64,000 nucleotides of DNA from Utricularia gibba. Taxonomy: Eukaryota; Plantae; Magnoliophyta. The stretch covers positions 744,001 through 808,000 of the forward strand of contig NEEC01000002.1 of NCBI GenBank assembly GCA_002189035.1. The letters run 5' to 3'. The position numbers and the translations under genes are program-made. This document shows, piece after piece, positions 26,858 through 43,670 of the stretch (positions are counted from its first letter, which is position 1; every line of letters starts with the position of its first letter). Under the pieces are notes generated by a model. It was given only the letters and a program-made list of their open reading frames with translations, was not told the origin of the DNA and did not search any database.

Positions 26858-28587
26858 TTATTATAATAATACCAAAATGTCAATATTTTTTTTATCATTT
26901 TCAGTTTTTACTTTCAATTTTTATTCATTTATTTGCTATGTGAAATGATATATTTTAAAACTAAAATGGTATCAATGCACTTACTAATAATAATGTGATA
27001 AAAACATATCAAGTTATTAAAACCATGTAATGAAAAACTCAAATAGTTTTCAAAATTTTTAAAAAATGAATCAAGTTACGACGCTGCTAATTAGTTATGC
27101 TTTCAAATTCAACAAAATTTTGTATTAGAACTTTTTGCATTTACCTCTATTGTTTGGAGAATCTAATGATATCCCAATTAGAGTTACATACGTAGTGTGA
27201 TTCAAAGTGATAATTATTATATTGTGTTCACGTTCGCATCTCGTATGAAATAACATTATAGTAGTGTTAGATTTAAAATCAATTAGTTTTAGTAATATAA
27301 GAGGTTAAATATATAATGTCATAAATTTAAGATCAAACTATTTACAAAAAAAATTGAGAGGATTATAAGATAATTTGGAAAGTTGAAGTGATATCGGCAA
27401 TCTCCATGCTAACATTAATATACAAATCATAACAGCTAGATATATGGAAGTTGCTACAGCATTAAAATGAAAAATATTAAAACAATAGGCAAACAAGCAT
27501 TAAATTGCGACATTATTATATGTCATGAAAAATATATAATCTTTTTTAATATAAGTCCAAGCCAAAAAGAGGAGGGGGTTGTGGGACCGGTGTGGTGAGG
27601 CTCATAATGGAACCGATTCCGAAGGGTTGGAAAGAAATGATTGGTGCGTGGCGTCGAGGAATGAATGTTCGGCGGTGGGGGAGGTTGGGAAATCAACAGT
27701 GTGGAGCCCTGGGCACCACCAAGTAGTCTCTTCAATTCAACGCGGCCATCGCAACCTCTCCCCTGTGCTAAAAGCGTCTGCCTGTTCATTAAAATAGAAT
27801 CAGAAGCAAACCCGAAACAGGACTGCTTGGTTTTGCTGCGTTGGAGTGAGTTTCTTGTGCATTCAAACTCGCCTCGCCTCGCCTCGTGTGTCGATACACT
27901 GCACTCTCCCCGGAACAACAAGTTTTGCTGTGCTTCAGGTCCCACCAAGTTTTAATGCAGCAGTTACTACACAGCATGTCACAGTTCTGAAGGATAGTCG
28001 TTGTTTAGAACCCGCATTGGCAAAAAAAGTTATTGAAATTAAACATCCGATAGGTTTTACAACACACATGAAATCTATATATATAATAAATTTAAATCAT
28101 ATTAATTAGATCCAATCAATTATTAATGATCTACAATTTATTACATATTTATTATTTTATTTTCAAGTTTGAATGCAGAACTATTTATTCTTATAAGGTG
28201 AAAAGAAATGTATTAGCAAAGGCAATGAGATCCCATCCTCACTCTATACTAATGGAATTTTCACCTTGAGTTAAGCAATCCAGTATTAAAACAAATAATT
28301 AATAACAAAAGTAATTAAATATATAACAAAATTAAATTAGTTGAGTTTAAATTTTTCGAATATATAAAGCAAAGGGTGTGGATTATTACGCAAACTTATT
28401 TTTCTTATTTTAAATTTATATTTTTTTAAAGCAAAAGTTATTTATATTCTTTTATTAGAAAAGTTAACATTATTTTCTGTGCGCCCCAAAGCTGTTTGTA
28501 TATGGGCTCTGCCCAATTAGCTATACAAAGGTAATTGGGCCGTCGAGACAGCAAGCCCAACGATCAGTCCGAACTCCCAAGGTCTTC

Positions 28588-28588
<1 letters not shown>

Positions 28589-28628
<40 letters not shown>
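28589..28628 (+). repeat. (TC)20 microsatellite upstream of COQ4, probably in its 5'UTR
   Basis: Direct reading. Confidence 0.95.
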
Positions 28629-28633
<5 letters not shown>

Positions 28634-29074
28634 GCTGAGCGGCGTCTTCTTCCTAATGTTTGATTGAGGTGGTTCTTGTCGTGGCCTTCTATGATCATTC
28701 TCACGGTGACACTTAAATCCAGATTTTTTTCTATGATTTTCCCGATATGATGTTTTTCTCTGATTGGAATTTTTTTTCCAGTGGGCGAACGTTTCACTGT
28801 ATTTCAACGAGATAAATTATGATGAATATCAGGTTATGCTGTGGGTGTTCATGGATTTTTTTTAGATGTTCTTTTAGCGCGTTGATGAGCCAGGATGTTT
28901 TCTGGGTTTTTTCTTTTTGGTTTTTTGCTGTTTTTGGATGAGAGTCTTCGGTTTGCCGCATAGGGTGGATGTTCAAGGATTGATTGCCTTCATAGCATTT
29001 GATCGTTCTTTATGTCCTCAATTCATTGAGTCTTTGCCGTGTTTTTTGAAATTACAGCAAATTTGTTCTCGTAA

Positions 29075-30019
29075 ATGATGGAAGGTCGCCGGGTTGGACT
29101 CAGGGGATGGCAGCAAGCTGCCGTTGCTGTTGGATCAGCAATCGGAGCATTGTTGGATCCACGGAGGGCTGATTTGATAGCCGCGTTAGGGAGACTACAG
29201 GAAAGCCTGCCTTTCAACGAGTGCTCGAGAGGATGAAGCGGAGTTCTGAAGGCAGGGTGAGCTTTCATTTCATTTTTTCTTTCACTTTTAAACCTCACCA
29301 TTTGTTCAAAATCTTCGATGATCAAAGCTGATGACATCGTCTGGCTTGTTTGAAAGTCTTGTCGAATGGTGTGTATTCTTTTGCTTTATGTTCGACAATG
29401 CATGAAATCTAGGGAATGAAAAAACTATTACAGAACTTCTCTTATAGCATTCTCTGTTGTGCATTCATGTCTGTCTGTCATGAAAATGGTTTCTTTCTGT
29501 ATTCATGTAAGTACAGGCTGTACTGTTAGAAAGGCCCCGTGTCATCTCTGCAGAAGTCGGGCACGCATGGGATCTTCCACCTAACACATTTGGTGCTGCC
29601 TATGCAAGCTTCATGGGATCCCGGAATTTCTCTCCGGATGACCGGCCGCCAGTGCGGTTCATGGAAACAGATGAGCTTGCCTATGTTGCAACCCGTGCGC
29701 GTGAGGTCCATGACTTCTGGCACACATTGTTTGGTCTGCCCACCAACTTGATCGGGGAGTCGGCACTCAAAGTCATCGAGTTTCAGCAGATGCTTCTTCC
29801 CATGTGTGCACTCTCTGTTGTTGGGGTACTGCAAGATTTAATGGAAAGCAGAGGAAGCTATTCTACCAGCACTACTTCCCCTGGGCTCTCAAGGCTGGGA
29901 TGAGAGCCACTGATCTGATGTGTGTCTATTATGAGCGTCATTTTTCAGATGATCTGGAAGACGTTCGCCGGCGTTGGGGAATCATCCCTGCCCCGCCTCC
30001 TCCACGAGCAACAAGTTAA
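29075..30019 (+). CDS. COQ4: Ubiquinone biosynthesis protein COQ4; apparent 1-bp deletion at 29823-29826
   Basis: [79 protein letters not shown] and, after the shift, [20 protein letters not shown]...CVYYERHF. Confidence 0.94.
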
Positions 30020-30240
30020 TTCTATGTTCGTCTTTGTTCTCTCCACTGTAGCTTTTTACCAGCTTAGAAAAACATTGAGCAATGGACTCAGTGATGGTAA
30101 CTTATTCCATAATGGGAAAACAACTCATTCTCATACATGATTGAGGTTTTCTTTATCTCCATAAGCACACAGTAACAGATACATGGACATTAATACAGAC
30201 TTGGAAGCAATAAGCCATACAAATTTCAGGGGCACAGCAG

Positions 30241-30661
30241 CTAGTTGCTGCCTCCACCAAACAGATAACCCAAGGAAGAACCTCCACCAGGAGCCGCTTG
30301 AATTTTTGTGGAGGGTCGATCCTACGAACCAGATGATCAAGCAATGAGGTTTCCAGATGACCGAGAATCATAATCTACTGTACTACAAGTTGATGCATAC
30401 CGAGATAAAGTTGCAAGTATTTTGACCATTGAAGTAGTTGTGGGCTGTGCTGCTCTGAATGCCTGCAGGAATCTGCTTACTTGCATCCACTGGCACTGGC
30501 TCAGGAGCTGCGTTTGGCTTTGCACAAGGCTCTGTAGTGGCAGTCTTGGGTTCAGTAGGAGCAGCCTCAGCTTTTTCAGCTGCCGTTTTTGGAGCCTCAA
30601 CGCTGCTAAACAGGTACCCCAATGAACTTTGGCCACCACCACTGCTAACTCCACGACCCAT
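30241..30661 (-). CDS. SP1L: SPIRAL1-like microtubule-associated protein, 2 exons
   Basis: MGRGVSSGGGQSSLGYLF...KQIPAGI...CNFIS|DRPSTKIQAAPGGGSSLGYLFGGGSN*. Confidence 0.93.
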
Positions 30662-31424
30662 GTTGACAATTACCTACCGCAATGAGAGAAAAGAACAGGC
30701 AAGGAAATTTCACATGAAATCTGGGAGCTTTTGAAAATTGATTTCATTTGTATTATGGAAAAGATAAGAACACCCATCAAAAATCTGCTATCCAGAATCG
30801 AAGTTAAAACAAAATTGGGGAATCGGACTAAATTACAACGATCACCGTATAACCATAGCCCAAAATTTGGAACATCAGCAAGACAAATATGAACAATAAC
30901 ACACACACAACAAAACAGGCATACAAATCTAAGAAAAAAATGTTCACTAGACTCCACTAAAGTGAGATCAGATCTACCAGAGGAAAATACTTGGCTTGCA
31001 GTTGCAGACTCCACAAAACTGACCGCTGAGCATTGCCCCAATTCAAATAAACCCGGATTTTGCTATGTCCAGTACATTATTGTGCTCTCCACTCTTGATG
31101 CCCAACTTGCTGCAATGGGTGGTTGAATGTAGTGGTGACAAACCACCTTCACCATGACTGTGACTGGAAGGAGCAAAGTGTAAAAAGAACAGCACAAAAC
31201 TTCCCTTCCCTTCTTTTCTTTCATGGTCATGATATCTGATTCTGTAAAAGGTTCAGATTCTTCCATTCTTTAGTTGCATGTGGGCCTGGTGTCCTTCTCA
31301 TGATCTGATCGCTTATTCTTTTTTTAAAAAAACATATTATTTAAAACGAAATAAATAATGAACTTTTATTTTCATCAACCTCCTCAGAGTCCATTAAATT
31401 ACATCAAAAAATGCTGCCTGCCTG

Positions 31425-35109
<3,685 letters not shown>

Positions 35110-35328
35110 GAACTCGAAGCAGTATCTAAACTCTTCTTGACTCAACCCAAATACACATTCCTGGGAATCACCAGAATTCCAGAATGCCGCTAAGTCGACA
35201 TGACCAAAGAGTTGGATCAAGGCCGTACCTTTCCAAGGTTTCCGTTTGCTGTACTATTCGGGTTCACGGAGAAAAAGATTTGCTTGTTGTTTCTTTGATA
35301 AAAAGAAATATAAAGCAATGAACTCATC

Positions 35329-35400
35329 GCCTTCGTAGCATAGTAGTAGTGCGTTCGCTTCGTAAGCGAAAGGTCGCGAGTTCGATCCCCGCCGAGGGCT
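35329..35400 (+). tRNA. tRNA-Thr (anticodon CGT), variant or possibly degenerate
   Basis: GCCTTCG...CGAGGGCT acceptor stem; anticodon arm TTCGC-TTCGTAA-GCGAA; oligo-T downstream. The D loop is AGTAGTA (G18 replaced by A) and the T stem GCGAG/CCCGC has an A.C mismatch. Confidence 0.9.
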
Positions 35401-36645
35401 TCATTTTTTTGTTTTTAGCGAAGGCTTCTGTAAAGGAAATATTTAATTCTGTAATTTCTATTCAAATTTGAAATTGTACCAAAAGAAACGCATGCAAATA
35501 CTCGAAAAATATATCAAGAAAACTACGCGAAATCTGAATCTCCGGTGAAATTCTGCTGATCAGAAACCGGTCGGAAAAAGGAAAAAGAATTCTACACGGC
35601 TACCGTTTTCCCTTGCAAGAATCGGCGGACCCACCTCGCCACCTAATAAGGAAAGTGACCACCCACCTCCTCCCCCTCCCCATGCACGGCGTTATGCTGT
35701 AAAAGGAACACAATTTCCAGTGTGATCTTAGAGTGAGATCCAGCGATGGCATTAAATACCCATGGGTTCTTGGTTTCTATTTGCATTTACCCCCATTGCC
35801 CTTTTCAGTTGTTGGAAAATTCCATCCCCCACTGCAGTAATCTCAAAACTTTGCTCATTTTTTTCCTCATTATGATACAAAGGAGTAACCTTGTTACCCT
35901 TTTCACACGAGCTTTCCTTCTTCCAGTTTCCAGAAGATTTCTTTAACGTTGCAAGTGGTAAAGATTTATTTTTTACCGTTTTGGTGCCTTTACATGTATA
36001 TTGTTATGGAAGTATTTGATTTGTTTCCTATGTTGTTGACTGGATACTTTGGAGACGATACCTTCATTCATGTTCTTGGGCTGTAGTATTTGATTTGATA
36101 TTTTGTGAATTTGGATTTTCATGGCTTAAACTCTGACCGCTGTACTACTGTTTACATATGTTGTTTTACGTATTTTTTCACCTTATGCTGCTGTCTGTTT
36201 GTTAAGATTATGACACTTTCATCTACTTCATAGACGTTAAAGGGTCTTCACGGACTTGTCTGATTTGATTATTGGCCAAGAACAAGGTTGCTTATGATCA
36301 TCTTTGATATGCACGTGCGTATGCTCTCAGAATAAGTAGTTAATAGTCCATTATCCATGCCCTCTTTCCATGAAATCTTCATGAACAGACCTTGTTAACA
36401 GACAATGTGTTCTGTACTTGACATATATGACAGATCTCTTCAGTTTTCAGTATGTGTGTTTTTGACTGTTTTCGGTCAATTGACTGTGCTGTTCATTGTA
36501 GTTCACTCTCTTATTACATTCGCTTTCTATATGATCATGTTTTGAGATCTAAATTTGAAAAACCGGTTTCTGAAAACATTTTAAAGAGGTTCAGTTTCCT
36601 TAGTCCTCTCTTGATTTTCTCATGATAAGTGTTCCATGTAGAGAT

Positions 36646-38508
36646 ATGGCTGGTGAACCGTCTCCTCAGGATGTGGCTGAAGCATTTGCTGCTCAATATT
36701 ATACTATCCTCTGTCGTTCTCCAGAAACTCTCCATAAGTTTTTCAAGGAATCGAGCATTATGGGGTGGCAAGGAGTAGATGGTCTTATGCAACATGTTAC
36801 AACCTTTGAGGTAAGGCTATTAAAAATCTGCCAATGTTGCTGAAGTCTACAGATTCTTTCATCATTGTCCTAATTTTATTTGCTCAGGGAATGAGCACCA
36901 TCGTCTCATCCACTGATTACAAGAATTGCACTGTGAAGCTTCAAACTGTTGATTGCCAGAAGTCACAGCATGGAGCTATTTTTGTCATGGTGACTGGTTC
37001 CTTTACTTTGCCTAATGATGATAGAAAGAACTTTGTACAGGCCTTCTTTTTGTCCAGACAAGAAAAGGGATATTTCGTCTCAAATGATATGCTTCGTGTG
37101 TATGATTCCCATGGCACCAAACCAGACTACAAAAATGATCATCCCGCAGCTGCAACCAATTCTGATAAGAGTAATTCTCTCTGCATTGGACTTTTCTAGT
37201 ATCTAATGCCTGTTGTGGTTTGCCATATATATCTGTCTCCTTTTTTCGCCACAGATGTGAATGTGGTGCTTGAAAAAGACATCAAGGAAGTTGTGGATTA
37301 CAGTGTATCAAAGCCTCTTGATACAGAATCTGCAGCCTCTGGCCCTCCTATTGACTCTCCAGTTCCTGTTGAGAGATCCTTTGATGACAGTACATCCTTG
37401 TCTACACCCGATACTAAACAAGTTCTTCAATATGAAATGGACTTCCCCAAAATTGCCATCCCTGCTTCTAATGAGGATGTTGATGCAAAAACTTTAACTG
37501 TTATCCCAAACGTCTCCTATGCTTCTGTGGTGAGTTATATTCCAGATTGCAAAAAGTTTAAAGCCTCATTTTTCATTTCACATACCTGAAAAACTTTCTT
37601 CTATTTGGAAGTTAACCAGAGAAGGTGTCATGACTTCCCCAACTGCAAAAATAGCTCTGGATGTTCAAACACAACCCACTGCGTCACTGAGAGCCAAAAA
37701 ACCGGAATCTTCGGAGAAACGTGTACCAAAGTCTCCACAGGCTAGAAACGGATCAGTAAGAGCTGAAGGTATGAATTCCCATTTCTCATCACCATTCAGC
37801 AGCATTTAGTAATCTTGGGATTTTCAAATTATAGTCACCCCCACTTCTAGGAATATATATTGGAGGATTGCCATATGATGTCACTAAACAAGATATTGCT
37901 GCTGCTCTCAATCATTTTGGAGCAATTAAAAGGCATTCAGATGCCATCCAAATTCGAAAGCATGAGGTTGAAAACTGCAAATATGATTGATGCATTTTGC
38001 GCTGCATTCCCTGCTATTTGCTAAGATGTTTGTGGTCCATTTTTCCAGGATGGTTTCGTTTGTGCATTCGTAGATTTTGAATCTGCAGATGCTTCTCACC
38101 TTGCAGTTAAGGTATATGCACACTTAATTTCACCTTGCAGATGTTTCGTGAGGTAGCAGCATCATAATTCATTTCTTTGTAGGCTCATCATGTGAGATTA
38201 TGTAACAAGGTAGCCTATATCTCATACAAGAGATCCCCTTCCTTTCAAGGTACTTTAAATTAAGCTCTTTTTGTCTCTCCCTTCTTGTGGATTGAAACCT
38301 CAATACCATTTCAGGTAAGGAAAGTGGAAAGAATGTTGCAACTCGTGTTGCTAATCAAAATGGTGACAAGTCAGGGGACGATAAAACCAATTGTCAGGCA
38401 AAGGTTCCCAGAAGAACTCACAGAAATGCCAATAATGGGAGGGCACTGGTATCCTTAGAAGCCACAGGATCCTCAGACGCGGCAGTTGAAGGCAAGCCAA
38501 TCCCATAG
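36646..38508 (+). CDS. NTF2 domain + RRM protein (G3BP-like)
   Basis: VAEAFAAQYYTIL...FVMVTGS...FVQAFFLSRQEKGYFVSNDMLR (NTF2); IYIGGLPYDVTKQDI (RNP2) and FVCAFVDFES (RNP1). Confidence 0.9.
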
Positions 38509-38958
38509 TCAAGCAGACATGAGATATCTGAAATCACACAACCAAGCAAAAATTGACTGTGAGGACATCATTCCAACACTTTTTGCTTCAAGATTCTAAT
38601 TTCGTATCATCAGTCTGCCATTATAAGATGCCTTCAGCTTTACAAGCTGTTGCGCTGAACTAGGCCTTTCAGTTCACATCTGTTGGTTGCAACTTGCAGA
38701 CTCACACTTTGAATTCTTCAATGGTTTGTCTTCCTTCTTCCTTCTTTCTTCAATAATTTGGTTTTCATGTGGAGCAAACTGCCAAGAAAAAATCTTTATG
38801 TTGAGAAAGTACGTACATTGTTAGCAGGGGAAAGTGTGGTAAGCTCCAATGTAGCAGGACGCTGGTTGATCTCTAAAAAGAATACAATCTAATCTTTTAG
38901 ACCCCGTGAAAAGTGGTTGATGGACGCCAATAGTTTGAACTTTAGCGGCTATGCAGCA

Positions 38959-40676
38959 TCAGCAACAGCAACAGCTTCTAAAGGAGAAGGGCTTGCATCG
39001 GCAAATTGGCTTCTTGATGCAACAGCTCGGCCACTTGGCGCAGTGGCATCCGCAGCTCGGCCACTTCGTGCAACAGGATCGACAATTTGACCACTCTATG
39101 CAACAGGATTGACAACTTGGCCACTCTATGCAGCAGGATTGACAACTTGGCCACTCCATGCAACAGGAAAAAGACTTGCAGTTAGGCCACTTAGTGCAAC
39201 AACATTGGAAGCTCCAGCAGGATCTGCACCATTTTAAATTGCAACTTGGCTGACATGACTTTCTGACGCTAAAACAGCTGCATGAACAGCAAGGCCGATC
39301 GCAGCTTGAGAAGGGGTTGAGTGTGCAGCTTGAACAGTGAAAACATTTGCAGCCCGAGCATTTTCCTGGCCAGCAACTCCAGCTAGGCTTATTTGTTGAC
39401 CACCTACAGCATTTGCAGCATTCGCAGCTATCTGGCCAGCATACACATTTGCAGCCCGAGCAACAAGACAAGTTCTTCTGAAGACAGCAGATTGCCTGCA
39501 GTGGACATGACGATTTGTTCTTCCTGAACTAACAAAATTTCCACATAAGAAAAGGCAAAATGTGGCAGGAAATGCAGCTAGCACAATGCAAAACAGCCAG
39601 GGAATAAAATTATATGGGGTGTCAGTTTGTACAACCCTTAATCTCATGGTCAAGATGTGGATACATGTTTCCTTAAAATGTTATGAATCCAGGCATACTG
39701 ATGTTGGAAAACACTACATTCTTTCTTATCTCTTCACAAACTAATGCTACATTTCTAGGAAAAAGAGGTCATAGTATAATATTTTATTGCAAACGAAAAT
39801 TGAACAGAATGTCACTAACTTCGGCAGGGAAGAATCTTGAGCAGTATTTTCGCTTCTACTGTCAGCAATAGAACTGTTTGGGATTTCAATACTGGCAATG
39901 ATCTTATTATTGCCCAATGCCTTGGGAACATTGCCCATTGGTTTGGTTTTTATCTCCCTTCTTTCCCCAGGCAATATGCTACTGCCACCGGCAGACTTGA
40001 GAGCATTGAGGTTCTGGCCAGTTTCCATCCCTTGCAACGCTAATGGTGTTTGAGGATTTCTAATGTCTATGCCTGAACTTTTTACATCACCCTTACTGAA
40101 GTCTACACCATGATATACTTCCTCCCCATTCTTGACAAGTTCACAAGATCTCTGTAATTCCTCGGATGCACACAACTCTACTGTCTTATAATCCCTGGCT
40201 AAACTATTTTTCCCAATACGAATACTGAACAAAGAATCATTAGACGCAACACTCCATTCCAAAGATGGTCTGCCGAAAGAGGGCACACTATTTGGGTCAT
40301 AATCTCCAGGCCTTTCCATCACTTGCAATGGAGGAGAATGCATCAAAGAAATGCACGAAGCTGAATTTTCCACGGAGATTCTAGAGACGGGTGATCTTGT
40401 TTTAGGAGACTTTTCTACATCTTTTCCCAATCCATTCTTGAGGCCACCTAGGACTTCAGCTCCCTCATCAGTTGAGGAAGCAGATGATGTAGCCACAGCA
40501 ATGGAAGAATCTGCCTTCTGTGGTAGAGAAAACCTAACTTCTTTATGATTTTTCTGTCGATCCGGCTTGCTTAAACTTTCAGAAGCTGTATTCATAGGTG
40601 ATAACCGCAATGAAGAGTATACAGGCTTATAATCCGGCAAAGGCACGGGCTCTCCCTTTTTTTCTCCATAGTCCAT
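38959..40676 (-). CDS. Plant protein of unknown function with SPPLQVMER / EWSVASNDSLFSI motifs and a very Cys-rich C-terminal exon
   Basis: Exon 1 from the 39747-40676 ORF (donor after ...LPKL). Exon 2 begins FRKNKSSCP after a TTAG acceptor near 39530 and ends SFRSCCCC*. Confidence 0.8.
39019..39200 (-). repeat. 30-bp coding tandem repeat, about 6 units
   Basis: On the + strand CCACT units start at 39031, 39061, 39091, 39121, 39151 and 39187. They encode [K/E]W[P/S][S/N]CxSCC-like decapeptides on the - strand. Confidence 0.92.
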
Positions 40677-41915
40677 ACTTCAGTCAAAGGCATCAACATT
40701 CTTGTACATGGCTGTGTAAATCCGACAAACAATCATATTTGGGTGAAATGAAAAAGGATCAAACAACTATATCTCGCATTGAAAAATTATATTATTCAAT
40801 ATCAAATGCCATGAATTCGAAAAACAAAAATATTAAGAGCGTGAAAAAAAAAATTTGGACCAGGATCAAGCAAAATAGAGCAATCCTAACCTCGATCGAA
40901 GGATTTGATCATTCATAAATTGACGTAAAATCTTCGGACGATCTCCCCTTATGCGTATATACCTATGCTAAAGAAGAACGGGGAGATCGTGAGAAAGATC
41001 CTTCGATGACAAAGTCGGGAAGATTCAATTAGGGTTCTTGGCGAAAATGCATTAGGGGATGGATCCACGGAATGAAGATGGGAAGACCGGAGTTTTCGGA
41101 GGGAAACGATCTTCCAGTGTACGAGGATATTTGGCGCCATTTTGGCAACTGTCTTCGTTTTAAATTGGGCCCAGTACGGGTTGAGCCCATAACCATCATA
41201 CTAAAGCCCACTAAAAGACCCAGATGTCGCTCTTAAACGGGAACGAAGAACAATGCGACTGGGACACGTTATCTGATTGTCTGGGTCTCAGGGGGACGTA
41301 CACGTCGCTCTGCTGTTCTCCGGTGGACGAGAAAAGGGGGAGTGAAAAGTGGTCTTGATTCCGGGAAGATCACGTTATGGCTAGGTACGTACCGGATAGC
41401 TTTTTTTTTATTTCTCCCCGGTGACCCATGCTTTCTCTGTGTGTGGTTTTTACTGATCGGGATCGCGGCTCTTCGTTTCGTGTATTCTGTCTGAATTGTT
41501 TTTTTTTCATATTTCTGAATATTGATCACGTATTTTATTACTTTTAGACATCTGCGAGTGTAGGAATCTCCTTTGTTTTGTCAGAAATGTGGTTGTTATC
41601 TTGTCGTTTTATTCTAGTGTAGTTTTCTTGTCTTTAATCGTCATATCTGTGGCTTTGAATGTTTCGATTTTTGCGTATCTGTCTGCTCCGACGTATGACA
41701 ATTTTGGCTGCTGAGGTTTTTCCTATTTTTGGCTTCTAAATCAGGAAGGGGAACATAGTTCCCTCCATCTCTTTAAGCTGTATTTTGTGAAGTTTCTTTC
41801 GAGTTGTTTTATGAAACATCTACTTTTATATCAGGTTCAGCGCCGGAATGTGGTAAGAGATTTTGTTGCAGAATTATCGTGGAGACATGCAATCAACTTG
41901 TTGAAATAGAACTGG

Positions 41916-43670
41916 ATGGCTCGACCCGAACCTCCACCTCGTGGTTCTTTTCCCGCTTCCATTAACTCTTCGAAACAATGTGCAGATGGGAATAGTGTTC
42001 AACACCCGTTTGTGTCTGGGTTTCCAGGGTTGAAGAAAAGAAGTCACACTCATGGAAGTCGGTCTTGGACATTGATTGATCCCAAGGGGAACTCAAAAAT
42101 TGTGGAGCTGGATAAATTTTCCGTCATGAGACGTTGTTCTCTGCCCTCCAGAGATCTCAGACTTTTGGATCCATTATTTATCTATCCTTCTACCATTCTG
42201 GGTCGTGATAAGGCAATTGTTGTCAGTCTTGAGCAGATTAGGTGCATAATCACAGCTGATGAGGTTTTATTGAAGAACTCCTTGGATGGGTGTGTAGTGC
42301 AATTCCAAACCGAACTATGCAAGCGCCTTGAAATATCGAAAGAGCACTATGGTAAGATGGAATTATAGGTACGTTTTCCTTTTTTGTTAATGGAGATGCT
42401 GAAATGTAATGGCTGCAGACTTCGGTTCTGTATGTGGTATTGCACGAGAATGTGTTTCGATGTCTAATAATTGCCCTCACTGTATTCTATGTTGACTCAG
42501 ACGATCTACCTTTTGAGTTCAAGGCTTTAGAGCTGGCTTTGGAACTCACATGCACCTCCCTGGATTCACAGGTGTTTAGTTATCTTCCTTCTCTTTTATT
42601 TACCGTGTTGAGTTAAGATTTTTTTCAATTTTATGCATAATACACATCTAGAAATACACGCTAATGGCTCCTCACAAGGCCTAAACACATACATGCTTAT
42701 GGATTGACTGAATGTAGGTCAAACAATTTGAGCTTGAGATTTACCCTGTTCTTGACGAGTTGGCAAGATCAATAAGCACACTCAATCTGGAACGCGTGCG
42801 TAGATTTAAAGGCCACCTCCTAGCCTTAACTCAGAGAGTACAGAAGGTAAGGTGTTGAGATAGGAGGCGCATATGCGAATCTGAGGGTTATTTAATGAAA
42901 TATTTTCAAACTTCAGGTTTGTGATGAAATAGAACAGCTGATGAATGATGATGGAGATATGGCAGAAATGTACTTAACCAAGAAGAAGGAAAGAAGGGAC
43001 AATGCCACAAATGACAATTTATCCGAAGAATTCAGTGATACACTGGAAAACTTCAAGTTTTCTTCAAGATCTGCACCTGTTTCCCCAGTAGGGTCATCTA
43101 CTGGAAAGAAAAGATATCAGAGGGCTTTCAGCAATATCTCCACCAAAACCTTCTCAAGCTCATCTGGTGATGAGAATATTGATCAACTGGAAATGCTGTT
43201 GGAGGCATACTTCGTCCTTGTGGACAGCACGCTTCACAAACTGTTATCGGTAGGAAAATTATCCCAATTGATTAGTTTCAGTCGTTCTTCATCATGCATT
43301 AATTCCATTTTCTTCAATGCAGCTCAAGGAATACATTGATGATACTGAAGATTTAATCAACATAAATCTGGTACTGATCATTGATATGTTTTTGCGTCTC
43401 TTACGGTGACTCTCTGGCTAACACATATTGTTGCAACAGGGAAATGTTCAGAATCAGTTGATACAATTTGAGTTACTCCTTACAGCAGCTACCTTTGTGG
43501 TTACTGTGTTTGCTGTTGTCACTGCAGTTTTTGGTATGAACTTCGAGGACCCTGTGTTTAATGACGCATCAACATTCAATTGGGTGCTCATAATTAGTGG
43601 AGTATTCTGTGGAATAATGTACTTCGGATTCTTGATTTATTTCAAGCATAAAAAGGTCATTCCTTTGTAG
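41916..43670 (+). CDS. MRS2: MRS2/MGT magnesium transporter (MRS2-5-like)
   Basis: GSRSWTLID, RDLRLLDPLFIYPSTILGRDKAIVVSLEQIRCIITADEV, LPFEFKALE, MNDDGDMAEMYLT, LEMLLEAYF, and the GMN motif in AVFGMNF. Confidence 0.96.

Noticed and set aside
27893-27915. miR408-like stretch ATACACTGCACTCTCCCCGGA
   Set aside because: About 14 of 21 identities and no star arm.
28517-28807. ORF with an ERERER repeat
   Set aside because: Translation of the (TC)20 microsatellite on the opposite strand.
39031-39200. CRISPR-like array
   Set aside because: Units are contiguous with no unique spacers, the DNA is eukaryotic and coding, and there are no cas genes.
39234-39653. Ala-rich ORF overlapping the Cys-rich exon
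   Set aside because: Alternative frame of the same repetitive exon; the Cys frame fits splice phase and the family pattern.
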